In this document: positions 27,424-38,320 of the stretch, one piece after another
How the letters are laid out: each line of letters starts with the position of its first letter
Position numbering within the stretch: position 1 is the first letter of the stretch
Assembly: GCA_002415345.1 (NCBI GenBank)
Contig: DHXV01000003.1
Location: 152,213 to 216,212 of the forward strand
Reading direction: 5' to 3'
Length of the DNA stretch: 64,000 bases
Origin: Patescibacteria group bacterium UBA5147
GTDB lineage: Bacteria; Patescibacteriota; Saccharimonadia; UBA4664
Program-made: the position numbers and the translations under genes
The notes under the pieces: model-generated
What the model saw: only the letters and a program-made list of their open reading frames with translations
Database searches by the model: none
What the model was told of the DNA's origin: nothing

Positions 27424-28311
27424 TTAAAATGATTCGTTGAGTAGTTCTCGTAGGGCCGCCGTGCCCTCGGTAAGCGACGGCCGATGTTTGGGATCGCTAA
27501 ATATCCGCCTGCTGACTTGGCCTAGTACGTAGGCTCCAGTCATGAGTCCTTCATAGCGTTGTTTGGAGTTCTGCGTCCAGAACACGCCCAAAGTGCCATA
27601 ATACATTGCCGGTAACTGGCCTAAGCGGTAGTTGACCTCTGAGACGCCTAGTTTCCCGTCGACACTGATGATAATCTCGCTGCCGTACACGACGTAGTCG
27701 CACTTTGATACGGCTGCCACGTCACGGATGATTTCCAGTTTGTTGAGAATTCCGCCGTCCCGTCGAATCGTGATTCCAACTCCCAAAGCCGCGGCTAGTT
27801 TGAATATTTCCGGCATGGTGACGATTAGTAAATTGCCAGGGCGTTCGGCTAACCCCTTAAGGTCATGTTGTACGCTCACCAAAGCGTCCTCAAACGCGAT
27901 GACGGGTCGCGCCGATTCTGCCATCAAGCGCTCAATCAGAATTGTCGTCAGGCTGTTATTGGACAGGTTGGCGCCGATCATAATCGCGTCAGCGTCTTCG
28001 CCAAGCTCAATAAGACGTGCCAAAGCTTCCCGACCCAACGAGCCGGAGGGGCTTGAGGCAACGAACGTCGTGTTGGGGGCCCCGCCCAGGATCTTGACCA
28101 GGCTGTCGGGCAGGGCGGCCACGCACTCCCCGGCGCCGCTGGCTTCGGCGACCTGATGGATGCCCGTTACCAGACTGAACTGGCCGGAGTGGCCGCCGGG
28201 CAACAACAGACGGCCGGCTCCAAGTCGTGAAACCGGCCGGTTCCACAGAACCTTCTGATACAGGATCTCCTGAGACTGACGTTCAAAAATGGGTATTTCT
28301 GCCATACGCAA
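27424..28311 (-). CDS. hypothetical protein (Rossmann-like alpha/beta fold suspected)
   Basis: 295-aa ORF; weak resemblance to LOG/YjeF-like nucleotide-binding folds, no diagnostic motif. Confidence 0.5.
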   Translation of the reverse strand: MRMAEIPIFERQSQEILYQKVLWNRPVSRLGAGRLLLPGGHSGQFSLVTGIHQVAEASGAGECVAALPDSLVKILGGAPNTTFVASSPSGSLGREALARLIELGEDADAIMIGANLSNNSLTTILIERLMAESARPVIAFEDALVSVQHDLKGLAERPGNLLIVTMPEIFKLAAALGVGITIRRDGGILNKLEIIRDVAAVSKCDYVVYGSEIIISVDGKLGVSEVNYRLGQLPAMYYGTLGVFWTQNSKQRYEGLMTGAYVLGQVSRRIFSDPKHRPSLTEGTAALRELLNESF

Positions 28312-28344
28312 GAGTATACGCGTCCGCCACCGGTGTGGCTACGT

Positions 28345-28593
28345 TCAGGCCTCTTTGGTGTCCCTACCACGCTTCCTATCGTGTTCAGTCGGCTCGTAAT
28401 CGGCTTTGTAGTCCAGAGTTTCATAATACACTGGAGCGTCCATGCCCATCTGATGCCGCTCCACGAGAGCATCAGCTGTTTCCGGCTCAAAACCCAACCG
28501 GATAATCTGTTGTACCTTACTGTTGGCATCGGAATTGGAGAAGAGAATCTCTTCCAAGCGACGTTCCTGCCAAGCCATATCCCTATCGTTCAT
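28345..28593 (-). CDS. hypothetical small acidic protein
   Basis: 82-aa ORF co-oriented with the downstream gene. Confidence 0.4.
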   Translation of the reverse strand: MNDRDMAWQERRLEEILFSNSDANSKVQQIIRLGFEPETADALVERHQMGMDAPVYYETLDYKADYEPTEHDRKRGRDTKEA

Positions 28594-28723
28594 GTCGAAC
28601 CTCCACCACGTTATGTTGCAACCTTACTGATTGCGTTCCCGGCAAGCATTGGCGGAACATCCAATGTCGCGGTATTGCGGGCCAACAGTTTTTGTGAGCA
28701 TGCGGGCATGCCATAATGGAGGC

Positions 28724-29926
28724 ATGGCATATACCCTCTCTCAAGATCAAGCCGCGGCCCTAACGCAAATAGGCGCCTGGTACCGGACCCGCTCGTCGCC
28801 TTACTTAACGCTGGGAGGGTATGCCGGTACCGGTAAGACCACGCTCATCGCCTATTTGCGACAGGCCTTGCGCCAGCACGATGACAGTGCGCGCGTGGCG
28901 TTCTGTGCTTATACTGGCAAGGCGGCGCGCGTACTAACTGAGCGATTGCGCGACCAGAATGTACCGCGCAAGGACGACTCTGTCTCCACGATCCATTCCC
29001 TCATTTACACGACGGCCGAAAAAGACAATGGCTCCTCGCCCGTATGGGTGCGCAAGGAAAGCCTTGAGCGCGACCTTATCATCGTCGACGAGGCCAGCAT
29101 GGTGGACGCGGCGATCTGGGATGATTTGTTAAGCTTCGGGATCCCTATCCTGGCCGTCGGCGACCATGGCCAGCTCCCTCCGGTTGGTTCGACGTTCAGT
29201 CTGATGAAGGATCCGCAGATCCGTTTGGAGCGAATATTCCGTCAGGCTAAAGGCTCGCCAATCATCGACGTCGCAACGCTGGCGCGTGAATCGGGAGCCC
29301 TCCCGGTTACCGTTTACGGTACCGGTGTAATGAAACTGGACAAATCCCAGCCGGAAACCGGAATCATGGTCCAGGAATTGCTCGAAAGCTGGCGGAGCGA
29401 CCTCTTGATCCTGTGCGGCTATAATGCCACCCGCGTGAAGTTGAACCAGGCTATTCGCTCCTACCGCGATTTGGAATCGCCCGATCCGCAGTCGGGTGAT
29501 CAGGTGGTGTGCCTGCGTAATAATCGGAGCCAGCACATTTTCAATGGCATGATCGGCCGGATAGTCCATGTGACGCCGGCTTTGCTTGATGAGGACGGCG
29601 CGTGGTACGAAGCCGAAATTGAGCTGGACGGTGAGGACTACACTTATTCCGGGTATATCCTGCGCGGCCAGTTCGGCGCGGCAACTACGGTTAAGGATGT
29701 TCCGTTGGCTCCTAATGGTGAGCGCGGGGATTTATGGGATTTTGGCTATGCACTGACGGTCCACAAAGCGCAAGGTTCGCAGAGCCAGCGGGTGCTGTTG
29801 TTTGAAGAGCGCTTTGGCCGCAGCAGCGATGAGGACTGGCGGCGGTGGCTATATACCGCCGTGACGCGGGCTCAGGAGGAATTGATTATAATCGGGCCCA
29901 ACCCCGCGCCGTACCGTGAGGATTAA
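28724..29926 (+). CDS. RecD-like / Pif1-Dda-like SF1B DNA helicase (AAA_30 + UvrD_C_2 type)
   Basis: Walker A GYAGTGKTT; LIIVDEASMVD (Walker B); VGDHGQLPPV; ALTVHKAQGSQ. Start set at the ATG preceded by GGAGG. Confidence 0.8.
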   Translation: MAYTLSQDQAAALTQIGAWYRTRSSPYLTLGGYAGTGKTTLIAYLRQALRQHDDSARVAFCAYTGKAARVLTERLRDQNVPRKDDSVSTIHSLIYTTAEKDNGSSPVWVRKESLERDLIIVDEASMVDAAIWDDLLSFGIPILAVGDHGQLPPVGSTFSLMKDPQIRLERIFRQAKGSPIIDVATLARESGALPVTVYGTGVMKLDKSQPETGIMVQELLESWRSDLLILCGYNATRVKLNQAIRSYRDLESPDPQSGDQVVCLRNNRSQHIFNGMIGRIVHVTPALLDEDGAWYEAEIELDGEDYTYSGYILRGQFGAATTVKDVPLAPNGERGDLWDFGYALTVHKAQGSQSQRVLLFEERFGRSSDEDWRRWLYTAVTRAQEELIIIGPNPAPYRED

Positions 29927-30005
29927 TTCCCTCATCCGGTGGTGACAAATTCCGGCGACGCGGGTATCATAGCGCTAACGCTATATCTGTAACCCCAGGA
30001 GTCCC

Positions 30006-30419
30006 ATGGAAGCAACCGAAGATAAAACCACCCTTGATGCCATTCACCGCCTAATGCTTGAACTGGCTGAACTAAAAGGCAAGATGAAGACCATCAAAGA
30101 CGACCTCAAAGACGTCGCCGAGCAGAATGACGAGTACCGCGCCGTTCAGGAAGAGCTCAAAGAAGCCGGCGTCAAGCGCCAAACTGCCAAGAAGATGCTC
30201 GAGGCCGACAAGGATTACCAACTAATCAACAGCGAGCTCGAAGAGCTCAAATTCAAGTTTAAAGACCTCCAGGAAATCATGAGCCACCATCTTGTAACTT
30301 ATTTCAGTGAGACCCAGAATACCCAGATAACCGACGATCAGGGCGAGACCCGCTCGGTTATTCTCAAGGCCAGCATCGGCAAGGCCGAAGCGCTGTTCGA
30401 CGTTAAGAAGGCCAACTAA
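30006..30419 (+). CDS. hypothetical coiled-coil protein
   Basis: 137 aa, heptad-rich, Lys/Glu-rich. Confidence 0.5.
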   Translation: MEATEDKTTLDAIHRLMLELAELKGKMKTIKDDLKDVAEQNDEYRAVQEELKEAGVKRQTAKKMLEADKDYQLINSELEELKFKFKDLQEIMSHHLVTYFSETQNTQITDDQGETRSVILKASIGKAEALFDVKKAN

Positions 30420-30491
30420 CGGCAACAATAAACATTCCTGTACTGAGTTAAACGGCCGATCCATTGCTGGATCGGCCTTTAGTTTGAAGAA

Positions 30492-31052
30492 TTACCCTGG
30501 ATAGTTGAGCCGATCTTCCTCCCGCTGCCAGGTGAGGTGGTGTTGCTCGGTCCGATCTATCTGGGCCAACTGCCTATCCAGCTGGTATCCGTCGAGGTGC
30601 GACTTCGCAAAGATTCTGAACGCGTCGAAGTCGTGGCCGTCATACCTGCGGATTACAGACTCGACCATCGCATAATCGATGATTATCGCGGATCTCTCTG
30701 CGCCGGATCTCTCAGCCAGATCTGTCACCCAACTCAGATGTTCCGGTCGGGACAGCTTGATGCAAAGCATCAAGTTCAGCAGTTGGCGGAGTAGGCGTTT
30801 TTGTTGCCCAAGGTACGTGCTTAAGCCGTAGCGCCAGTTAAGCTCGTCAAAAATGTCCGGTCTCTTGACATTTATTTCCTGAGTTAATGCCTCCTGCAGC
30901 AACGTTGCCGCCAGACGCGTCCGCATTCCCTTTGGAGCGGCATCGATAACTATCCTGCAGGCCTTCCGGTGGTACGAGAGGTAGGTGTAGTTTGGTTGCT
31001 TCGGGTCGAGCATGCGGCCGAGTAGCGCTTGGTAATCGTCCAGCGTTATCAT
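30492..31052 (-). CDS. hypothetical protein
   Basis: 186-aa ORF, no recognised motif. Confidence 0.5.
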   Translation of the reverse strand: MITLDDYQALLGRMLDPKQPNYTYLSYHRKACRIVIDAAPKGMRTRLAATLLQEALTQEINVKRPDIFDELNWRYGLSTYLGQQKRLLRQLLNLMLCIKLSRPEHLSWVTDLAERSGAERSAIIIDYAMVESVIRRYDGHDFDAFRIFAKSHLDGYQLDRQLAQIDRTEQHHLTWQREEDRLNYPG

Positions 31053-31115
31053 GTGCTCTCCTAGGGTCGGATGGAGTAGGTTAATACTATCATGTTCGGC
31101 TTATGTTCGCAAGAG

Positions 31116-31721
31116 CTATTTGGTGCCAGCAGTCTGTTTAATCTTGCTTGATTCGTCAATTTTGCAGCCGCCCCATAAGCCGCGGTTATGACTCCTGGCA
31201 TCGACCTCCAGGGCTTTGAATTCGTCTAATTTAGTAATCGGAAACACGGTGTAGGCGAAGCCGTAGCCGTCCTTTATCAGTTGGGCGTTGTAGAGCGTAC
31301 CGTCGGGTAAATAGACGTAACGCAACAAGCGGCCGTATTTATCACGGTCGGTGTCCTCAGGGTCGGGCGCCAGTCGCACGCCGCTGCCGACGGCAATTAC
31401 CGCCTTGGTATGGGCACTGGCAGCCTCACCGAAGCACTGTACGGGCTTGCGGGGGTCCTTTACCTCCGGGGTATCGACTCCCAGAAAACGGACCGTCTCT
31501 TCCCCGCCTCCGGCCTGCCTGACGATAATGGTGTCACCGTCATTGACATGGGTGACCGTAAACATTCCTGGCTGGGACTGGATGATGGCTGTTCGGGAGC
31601 CGGGGTCGTTATAGGCAGTAATCAAAGCCAAAATAATCGTCAGCACCAGGCCGGCGACCGTGGCGGTACGTCGCCTAATCCGTCCGCTGATAAGAAATGA
31701 GGTATGAACTTGTTCGGTCAT
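31116..31721 (-). CDS. thermonuclease (staphylococcal nuclease-like), membrane-anchored
   Basis: N-terminal TM; SNase motifs VNDGDTIIV...FLGVDTPE...DKYGRLLRYVYL. Confidence 0.8.
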   Translation of the reverse strand: MTEQVHTSFLISGRIRRRTATVAGLVLTIILALITAYNDPGSRTAIIQSQPGMFTVTHVNDGDTIIVRQAGGGEETVRFLGVDTPEVKDPRKPVQCFGEAASAHTKAVIAVGSGVRLAPDPEDTDRDKYGRLLRYVYLPDGTLYNAQLIKDGYGFAYTVFPITKLDEFKALEVDARSHNRGLWGGCKIDESSKIKQTAGTK

Positions 31722-31727
31722 TGTTCG

Positions 31728-32216
31728 CTATTGTAACAGAGATTCCGTATTCGGTGCCACTATAGCGGATGACGTCTGCATTCCGGCGATTATCTCGGCG
31801 TTGTCTGGCCGGCCGCGCTTGAAATATTTAATGAGCCCGTTCTTGTCGATGCCGACGACACTGTAACGAATAACCTTTATCGGTCCGATGGAGAACAAAC
31901 TGTCATAGGCCTCAGCCACGCGGAAGCGCTGGTCTGACAGGAGAGGCATTCGTAGGGATTTCTTGTTCGTATAGCGACCGTGTGCATCCGGCTCGGCAAA
32001 ATTTATGCCGACGATCTTAAGCCCGGCGGCCGCGAACTCATCCACATCTTTGTTGATTCGGCTGAGCAGATTATCGCAGATCGGTGAGCTATCCATTGGG
32101 TAAAAAACCAGCACCACTTGATGTTTTTTCACCTCGTCAGCTAGTATGAACAGCGAACCGTCATGGCTAACGAGGGTGAAATTAGGAGCCGGTGTTCCGA
32201 CCACTGGGGTTATCAT
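31728..32216 (-). CDS. peroxiredoxin, Bcp/AhpC-TSA family
   Basis: Thioredoxin-fold motif VLVFYPMDSSPICD (peroxidatic Cys). Confidence 0.8.
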   Translation of the reverse strand: MITPVVGTPAPNFTLVSHDGSLFILADEVKKHQVVLVFYPMDSSPICDNLLSRINKDVDEFAAAGLKIVGINFAEPDAHGRYTNKKSLRMPLLSDQRFRVAEAYDSLFSIGPIKVIRYSVVGIDKNGLIKYFKRGRPDNAEIIAGMQTSSAIVAPNTESLLQ

Positions 32217-32326
32217 GAACGTATCATCGCATTAGTTGTCCGGTCGTACCAGTGGTAGCTGCCTCTAACGGATTGTTCCTCATCCCCGTGTTACTATCCT
32301 AGTATAAATTATAAGGAATATTTACA

Positions 32327-32725
32327 TTGCTCAAAGATTTTAAGACGTTTTTGCTCCGCGGTAACGTCGTCGATTTGGCCGTAGCGGTCGTCATCGGTTC
32401 CGCATTTGGAACAGTGGTAACGGCAATGGTCAAGGACCTGATTACACCACTCATTGCCGCAATCGGCGGAAAGCCGAATTTCGGCGGCCTGAAGTTTACC
32501 GTCAATAACAGTGAATTTCTATACGGAGAATTTTTGAACCAGCTGATCGCCTTTCTGATCATCGCGGCAGTGGTCTTCTTTTTTGTGGTCCAGCCAATGA
32601 ACCACCTGATTAAGCTCGCCAACCGGCGAGCCGCCAAGGGCGAAACCGAGGAAGTGGCCAAGGACCCCCAGCTGATAGTGCTGGAAGAAATCCGCGACTC
32701 GTTGCGTAAAGGTGGGAAGCGCTAG
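32327..32725 (+). CDS. mscL: large-conductance mechanosensitive channel
   Basis: MLKDFKTFLLRGNVVDLAVAVVIGSAFG is the canonical MscL N-terminus; two TM helices; 132 aa. Confidence 0.9.
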   Translation: MLKDFKTFLLRGNVVDLAVAVVIGSAFGTVVTAMVKDLITPLIAAIGGKPNFGGLKFTVNNSEFLYGEFLNQLIAFLIIAAVVFFFVVQPMNHLIKLANRRAAKGETEEVAKDPQLIVLEEIRDSLRKGGKR

Positions 32726-32728
32726 ATT

Positions 32729-33142
32729 ATGCGGGAATTTGGACCAGCCGCATCACGCGACCTAGACGCCAAGATACGACGCGAGGCTTTGGCCCTGTTT
32801 GAACTCATGCCGGACAAGAAGCCGGTGCTGGGCGAGGCGTTGGCAATGGACGAAATAGATCTGTTGGTTCTTGAGGTGGCTGAGATCCTGGACGAGGCGG
32901 GCAACAAATTCAAGCTGTCCGTGACGCGGCCGTCGGCCCGCCCGCCGTTCGAATGGCTGATAGAAATATCATCCGATTTGGGCGAGAGCGAATACTTCAA
33001 GCATTATCTGGTACGGGATGATGATATCGTCCTTGCCCAACGCAAGGTCCTAACGCCTATCGATGAGGCGGAAGCAGACATCATTTTGGCTGACCTGGCC
33101 GAGGCTCGTGACTTAGTCCTGGCATCATTCGCCGGCGAGTAA
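32729..33142 (+). CDS. hypothetical acidic protein
   Basis: 137-aa ORF 4 bp after mscL; no motif recognised. Confidence 0.5.
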   Translation: MREFGPAASRDLDAKIRREALALFELMPDKKPVLGEALAMDEIDLLVLEVAEILDEAGNKFKLSVTRPSARPPFEWLIEISSDLGESEYFKHYLVRDDDIVLAQRKVLTPIDEAEADIILADLAEARDLVLASFAGE

Positions 33143-33146
33143 CCGG

Positions 33147-34724
<1,578 letters not shown>

Positions 34725-34792
34725 TTAGTTACTTACCCAAATGGTTCCATGTAATAATACGATACTGGCCGTAAGTACGCTATGATAAGCTG

Positions 34793-36052
34793 ATGAATGA
34801 TTTCCCCCACTTCGACCGTATCGTACCTGAAGGCAAAGCCATGGCCTTCTGGAATGACAAAGCCCTATTTTGCGTTGGTCCCCTTCCGGGTGAGGTTGCC
34901 AAGGTCCGGGTGATCCGAGAAAAGAAGAGCTGGGCGGAAGCCGCCGTTGAAGAAATCATCACGTCATCCTCTCATCGGCATGAGCCGCGCGAGGAACATT
35001 TCCTGTCGTGTTCCCCCTGGCAGGGAGTTGATTACACCTACCAAATTGAACTTAAAAAGCAAATGCTTGCCGAAATTTACGGCCGGCCTGAACTGACCTT
35101 ACCGGTAGATGATTTTGCGGCTTCGCCCCAGCAGTTCGGCTACCGCAATAAGCTGGAATTCAGCCTGGTGAATATCAAGGGTCAATTACAGCTGGCCTTT
35201 CATACCCGCGGTACTTCCGACCGTTACGTGATGGCTCCGGATGGCTGCCTGTTGGGCTCAAACGCCCTGAACGACGCTGCAACCGCCGTGCTGGCAGGAC
35301 TCAACGAATTGAACCTGAAAAAAGTCGCCCAATCACTCATTCTGCGGGAAAGTTCCGCCGGTCAGATTATTGCGGTGGTAGTTCTGCGCGAAAAAGCCGC
35401 CTGTGAACTTGCCCCGCTGGCTGAACTGCCCGTTGATGGGATTATCGTTGCATTAAAGCAGTTGCCGGATACCTTTAAGCCTCTCTGGTCGCATGGAATC
35501 TCAGAGCTCACCGAAACTGTCGGCGAAGTGACCGTTTCCTACCCCTGGGATTCATTCTTTCAGGTAAACCCGCCGGCTTTCGCCCATGCTTTTGCAGATA
35601 TTATGCGACATATTGAGCGTAAGCAGTTTGTGGCCGACTTGTATGGTGGTGTTGGCACTATCGGGCTACCCGTCGCGAAAATTGCGGGGAAAGTCGTTGG
35701 GATCGAAATTTCTGCATCGGCCGTTAAGCTTGCGAATCAGAACGCACTGAGTAACGGGCTGACGAATTATGAAGCCTTTGCTACGCCGTCAGAAAAAATG
35801 AACCCCGAAATAATGCGCGGCGTCGATACGGTCATCGTCGACCCTCCTCGCAACGGGCTGACTTCCAAGGTGATCGAGTTCTTATTGGAAGCCAAACCCA
35901 CCCGAATAATATATTTATCCTGTAACCCGGTCACTCAAATCCGCGATGTCAAGTTGCTGCAGGGCAATTACAAACCATCAAATCTAAGGGGTTATGACTT
36001 TTATCCAGGCACGTTGCATCTGGAGTCGCTCGTAGTTCTGGATCGGGTTTAG
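34793..36052 (+). CDS. 23S rRNA (uracil-5-)-methyltransferase, RumA/RlmD (TrmA) family
   Basis: N-terminal TRAM-like domain; SAM-binding DLYGGVGTIGLP; VIVDPPRNG motif. Confidence 0.8.
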   Translation: MNDFPHFDRIVPEGKAMAFWNDKALFCVGPLPGEVAKVRVIREKKSWAEAAVEEIITSSSHRHEPREEHFLSCSPWQGVDYTYQIELKKQMLAEIYGRPELTLPVDDFAASPQQFGYRNKLEFSLVNIKGQLQLAFHTRGTSDRYVMAPDGCLLGSNALNDAATAVLAGLNELNLKKVAQSLILRESSAGQIIAVVVLREKAACELAPLAELPVDGIIVALKQLPDTFKPLWSHGISELTETVGEVTVSYPWDSFFQVNPPAFAHAFADIMRHIERKQFVADLYGGVGTIGLPVAKIAGKVVGIEISASAVKLANQNALSNGLTNYEAFATPSEKMNPEIMRGVDTVIVDPPRNGLTSKVIEFLLEAKPTRIIYLSCNPVTQIRDVKLLQGNYKPSNLRGYDFYPGTLHLESLVVLDRV

Positions 36053-36075
36053 TACATCATCAACGGTTTCGCCGT

Positions 36076-36351
36076 TTGATTGAACGGCGAAATTTTGGTA
36101 TGGTGTCGGGGTACATGAGCGATACGCCGACCCCCCGACAAAAGCCCGATCGCGCCACAACGGTGGCGCTTCTTGTGACACTCGGGGACACAACCTGGCG
36201 GATGCTCGTCCCGAGCGCGGCCTTTGTGGCCGCCGGAATATTCGGCGACATTCACCTGGGAACGCGGCCATGGCTCACGCTTGCGGGCGTCCTTCTTGGA
36301 CTGGGAGTCTCGGCCCTCCTCATTAAACAGCAGATTGGTAAGATTAAGTGA
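36076..36351 (+). CDS. putative ATP synthase protein I (AtpI/AtpZ-like small membrane protein)
   Basis: 91-aa two-TM protein immediately upstream of and overlapping atpB. Confidence 0.5.
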   Translation: MIERRNFGMVSGYMSDTPTPRQKPDRATTVALLVTLGDTTWRMLVPSAAFVAAGIFGDIHLGTRPWLTLAGVLLGLGVSALLIKQQIGKIK

Positions 36352-37166
36352 ATTTCCTAGCCGCCGCCGGTGGCCCGCACGTTGAGCTTGTTGCCGCGCC
36401 TATTTTTCAGGCCGGTCCCTTGTTGATTACCAACTCTACGATGCTCGGGGTTATTGGTGTAACTACCCTTCTGGCCCTGTTGTTTTACGTCCGTGGCCGC
36501 ATCAAGAGCCGACGTTATAACCGCATTTCCATCGCGGTCCTGTGGATTTTTGAAAGTCTGTTCAAAACCGCCGAAGACGTAATTGGCAGTCGGAAGCGAG
36601 CCAAACAGCTGGCGCCGCTGGCCATAACTATGTTCTTCGTGATCATCATCAACAACTGGATGGGGTTGCTGCCGTTCGTAGGGCCGGTAACCTTCCACGG
36701 TGAGCCGTTGTTCCGCGGATTGGCGGCGGACTTGAACTTTACGCTGGCGCTTGCAATTATAACTATGGTTACCGCACAGGTCTGGGCCATCCGGATCCAC
36801 GGCTTCAAGGGTAACCTGGGGCGGTATTTCATGAATCCCCTCAAGGATCCCATGACCGCCTTTGCCGGTATATTGGAAATCGTCGCCGAGTTTTCCAGGC
36901 TCGTGGCTCTGGCGATGCGGTTGTTCGGTAACATCTTCGGCGGCGAGGTGCTTCTGGTGGTAATAGCCTTTATTACTTCCTGGCTGGCGCCGTTGGCGCT
37001 GCCGGTGTTCATGTTGCTGGAGTTGTTCGTCGGTGCGGTTCAGGCTTATGTCTTCTTTATGCTCACGGTCGTATTCGTGTCCCTCGGAACTTTGGAACAC
37101 GGGGATGTTGCGACGGTGAACGACAAGAAGACGTCACCTGAATTGGTCCCGTCTGCTCAAATATAA
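36348..37166 (+). CDS. atpB: F0F1 ATP synthase subunit a
   Basis: Conserved LAMRLFGNIFGGE (essential Arg) region; polytopic. Confidence 0.9.
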   Translation: MNFLAAAGGPHVELVAAPIFQAGPLLITNSTMLGVIGVTTLLALLFYVRGRIKSRRYNRISIAVLWIFESLFKTAEDVIGSRKRAKQLAPLAITMFFVIIINNWMGLLPFVGPVTFHGEPLFRGLAADLNFTLALAIITMVTAQVWAIRIHGFKGNLGRYFMNPLKDPMTAFAGILEIVAEFSRLVALAMRLFGNIFGGEVLLVVIAFITSWLAPLALPVFMLLELFVGAVQAYVFFMLTVVFVSLGTLEHGDVATVNDKKTSPELVPSAQI

Positions 37167-37186
37167 GAATTATAGAAAGGTTCATT

Positions 37187-37405
37187 ATGGAATCCCTCGC
37201 TTTCGGTCTCACATACGCAATTGCCGCCGGTTTCGCCGCTATCGGTCTCGGACTGGTTGGAGCTGCGGCGCTTAACGCCGCCGGCCGTAACCCGGACGCC
37301 CTTGGCGAGCTGCGCACGCTCATGATCCTTGCCATGTCGTTCGTGGATGCCCTCGCCATCATCGGGTTGGTTGTCGCGCTTATTATCCGGTTCCTCCCGG
37401 TATAA
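37187..37405 (+). CDS. atpE: F0F1 ATP synthase subunit c
   Basis: 72-aa hairpin proteolipid; Gly-rich helix 1; carboxylate D in FVDALAIIGL; polar loop RNPD. Confidence 0.9.
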   Translation: MESLAFGLTYAIAAGFAAIGLGLVGAAALNAAGRNPDALGELRTLMILAMSFVDALAIIGLVVALIIRFLPV

Positions 37406-37406
37406 T

Positions 37407-37943
37407 ATGCATCCCCTGTATTTCCTGGCATCCGCATCGTCCTCTGGGGGCCTATTGGTCGCCCTAGGAATTAACTGGCGTTCCTTATTGCTGAACACGC
37501 TGGCTTTCTTCGTGATTTTAGCCATCCTGCGAAAATTCGTTTATCCGGTATTGCTCAAAGCGTTGGATGCCAAACAGGACGAACTTCAGGCTGCCGCAAA
37601 GTTTGAACGTGAAGCCAAGGAGCATTTAGCGGCAGCAGAGCAATCGGCCGAGGACATGATTGAAGCCGCCCGAACCTCGGCGGATCAGGTCCTGTCCAAT
37701 GCCAAGACCGAAGCTACCGAGATGATCAGCGAGGCCACCTCGAAGGCCGACGTCCAGGCCAAACGCATCATGGCCGAGGCTAACGATCAACTGGACATCA
37801 ACGTTGCGGCGGCCCGACAAACCCTTAAGGTCGAAACTGCGAGACTGGTGGCTCAGGCCACCGAGGTCGTCCTGGCATCCAAGCTCGATACCCCCCAAGA
37901 CTCCGAGCTTATCAAGCGCAGCTTGGAGACGAAGCAATCATGA
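37407..37943 (+). CDS. atpF: F0F1 ATP synthase subunit b
   Basis: Single N-terminal TM followed by long Ala/Glu/Lys-rich helix; start set at the ATG right after the atpE stop. Confidence 0.8.
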   Translation: MHPLYFLASASSSGGLLVALGINWRSLLLNTLAFFVILAILRKFVYPVLLKALDAKQDELQAAAKFEREAKEHLAAAEQSAEDMIEAARTSADQVLSNAKTEATEMISEATSKADVQAKRIMAEANDQLDINVAAARQTLKVETARLVAQATEVVLASKLDTPQDSELIKRSLETKQS

Positions 37944-38320
37944 CACGCCTGCAAGTCGCGCAATATGTCGCAGGTCATCTTACCTCCGGTAGGACGCAGG
38001 CCATGAATGAGGCCGCTGCCTGGCTACTCTCCAGCGGTAAAGTCCGGCAAGCAGCTTATCTGAGTAAGGACGTCGCCAGGATTATCGCCCAGTCCAACTA
38101 TCTCTACGCCGTAGTAACGACGGCCCGACCGTTGACCTCACCTGCCAGAGCCGGTATTGAGGCCTATCTGAAAGAAATAACCGGTGCGACGACGATTGAG
38201 CTCAGCGAGGTCGTAGACACGCGTATAATCGGCGGCGTCCGTATTGAAACGCCGACTGCCATATTGGATGGCAGCGTCCATAGTAAACTCGCAAATCTAG
38301 TAGAAGGAATGAGCCGATGA
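37940..38320 (+). CDS. atpH: F0F1 ATP synthase subunit delta (short form, 126 aa)
   Basis: C-terminal [24 protein letters not shown] matches the delta/OSCP C-terminal motif; overlaps the atpF stop and atpA start. Confidence 0.7.
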   Translation: MTRLQVAQYVAGHLTSGRTQAMNEAAAWLLSSGKVRQAAYLSKDVARIIAQSNYLYAVVTTARPLTSPARAGIEAYLKEITGATTIELSEVVDTRIIGGVRIETPTAILDGSVHSKLANLVEGMSR

